Source of the DNA: Woeseiaceae bacterium
GTDB taxonomy: Bacteria; Pseudomonadota; Gammaproteobacteria; Steroidobacterales; Woeseiaceae
DNA length: 64,000 bases
Direction: 5' to 3'
Assembly: GCA_021773055.1 (NCBI GenBank)
Contig: JAJFKV010000044.1
Coordinates: 20,151 to 84,150, forward strand
The notes under the pieces are model-generated. The model saw nothing but the letters and a program-made list of their open reading frames with translations. It was not told the DNA's origin and searched no databases. Position numbers and translations under genes: made by a program. Positions 63,012 to 64,000 of the stretch are shown in pieces (position 1 is the first letter of the stretch; every line of letters starts with the position of its first letter).

Positions 63012-64000
63012 TCAATCTCCCGCCGCCCGGGTTTGCAGTGAACCCGGCAATGAAAGGATTCGCGCGTAACCGAGGGCGTCGCCCGCTGTCCACTCTCCTG
63101 CGGCTTCACCGTAGATACCTTTGGTGGCGGCCAGTAGAGAGTGTGGTGAGCTTGTGCCTTCGATGAATAGCTGTCCGGGACGCAGACGGAATTTAACCGA
63201 ACCGGTGACGCGTTTTTGCGATGAGGCGAGCAACGCTTCCATATCGTCGCAGGCCAGGTCCAGCTGCTTGCCTTCGTGTACGAGATCGCCATACACCGCA
63301 GACACACTATCCTTAATTCGAATTTGCTGTCCGCTGAGGACCAGCTTCTCAAGTTCACGGTGCGCTGTAATCAAGGTTATCGCTGCAGGTGCTTCAAAGG
63401 CAACGCGGCCCTTGGTGCCAAGTACCGTATCGCCGAGGTGGATGCCGCGACCGATTCCGTAGCTGCCCGCGAGTTGCTCGAGCTCTTCGATCAGTTTGAC
63501 CGGCGCAAGCGCTTTTCCATCCAGCGCAACCGGCACACCTGCCTCGAACTGCAGCGTATGGGTGGAGGAAGGTAGCGGTTTTGAGAATGCATCGGCCGAC
63601 AATACCCAGGCCTCGTCAGGGATCGAGCTATCAGATGTCAGTGTTTCCTGTCCACCAATCGTGATTCCCCACAGGCCACGATTAATTGAGTAGGTCGAAC
63701 CTTGCGATGGCAGCGGCAATCCGTGCTTCTCAAGGTAGGCAAGCTGTTCGTCGCGCACCCAGTTGTTATCGCGTACTGGCGCCAACACTTCGAGTCCGGG
63801 GTTCAACGTCCGCAGAGCAACCTCGAAACGAACCTGGTCGTTTCCTGCTGCGGTGCAACCATGAGCGACCGTCGTAGCGCCGCGTTGTGTTGCGATCTCA
63901 GCCAGTCGCTCAGCCTGAAGCCCGCGCTCAGCACCAACGCAGAGCGGATACGCCTGGCCTCGAAGTACATTGCCGGCGATCAGGTGTTTGATGACGGAGT
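63012..64000 (-). CDS. argG: Argininosuccinate synthase (3' part; the gene continues beyond the window)
   Basis: The minus-strand frame is open to position 64000. It contains VAHGCTAAGNDQVRFE (63830-63880) and an ArgG-like C-terminal oligomerisation region. The ORF-track M at 63806 is an internal TTG. Confidence 0.9.
   Translation of the reverse strand, partial: SVIKHLIAGNVLRGQAYPLCVGAERGLQAERLAEIATQRGATTVAHGCTAAGNDQVRFEVALRTLNPGLEVLAPVRDNNWVRDEQLAYLEKHGLPLPSQGSTYSINRGLWGITIGGQETLTSDSSIPDEAWVLSADAFSKPLPSSTHTLQFEAGVPVALDGKALAPVKLIEELEQLAGSYGIGRGIHLGDTVLGTKGRVAFEAPAAITLITAHRELEKLVLSGQQIRIKDSVSAVYGDLVHEGKQLDLACDDMEALLASSQKRVTGSVKFRLRPGQLFIEGTSSPHSLLAATKGIYGEAAGEWTAGDALGYARILSLPGSLQTRAAGD

Noticed and set aside
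1-64000. CRISPR arrays, tRNA/rRNA genes, IS elements and long tandem repeats
   Set aside because: No regularly spaced direct repeats, cloverleaf-like segments in intergenic gaps, or transposase-like ORFs were seen. The intergenic regions are short except at 31198-31425, 35507-35988 and 53436-53630, which are discussed above.

Overview
64-kb chromosomal window from a gammaproteobacterium. The polA / engB / cytochrome c4 / dsbA synteny and the TonB-receptor plus TPR-sulfotransferase content suggest a marine Pseudomonadales/Cellvibrionales-like organism, but that is a guess. I call about 47 protein genes and found no rRNA, tRNA, CRISPR array, transposase or integrase. Left to right: a LytS-type kinase with a LytTR regulator; a DUF5916/CBM9-like secreted protein; a DUF1611 (DgcN-like) plus enolase-superfamily racemase (DgcA-like) pair; an ldh-bkdA1-bkdA2-bkdB branched-chain keto-acid dehydrogenase operon with a divergent Lrp-family regulator. 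The standout region is an 18.8-kb, ten-gene, overlap-coupled minus-strand operon (11713-30467). It combines a CHASE2 nucleotide cyclase, a Slam/DUF560-like outer-membrane protein, a FecR-domain protein with a TbpB-like C-terminal barrel, a flavo-FeS oxidoreductase carrying two cNMP-binding domains, a 5-TM protein with two H-x13-H helices, an FHA-anchored decahaem cytochrome, a GlcG/HbpS-like lipoprotein, a beta-barrel-like protein, a decahaem cytochrome fused to an LVIVD propeller, and a further 4+1-haem cytochrome. This operon is bracketed exactly by the 3' end of the Lrp gene and a diverged, orphan copy of the same 3' end, which looks like an insertion scar. I interpret it as a candidate second-messenger-gated trans-envelope electron conduit of a type I do not recognise. 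The rest of the window holds two paralogous TonB-dependent receptors with homologous upstream leaders, paralogous small Cys-containing secreted proteins, tandem TPR-sulfotransferases, an RND efflux pair, DUF885, an L,D-transpeptidase, dsbA, cytochrome c4, engB, polA and lptM. It ends with an arginine operon of the N-acetylornithine-carbamoyltransferase type that contains an unassigned BioD/DUF1611-like P-loop gene. All assignments come from reading motifs in the supplied translations; no database search was run.
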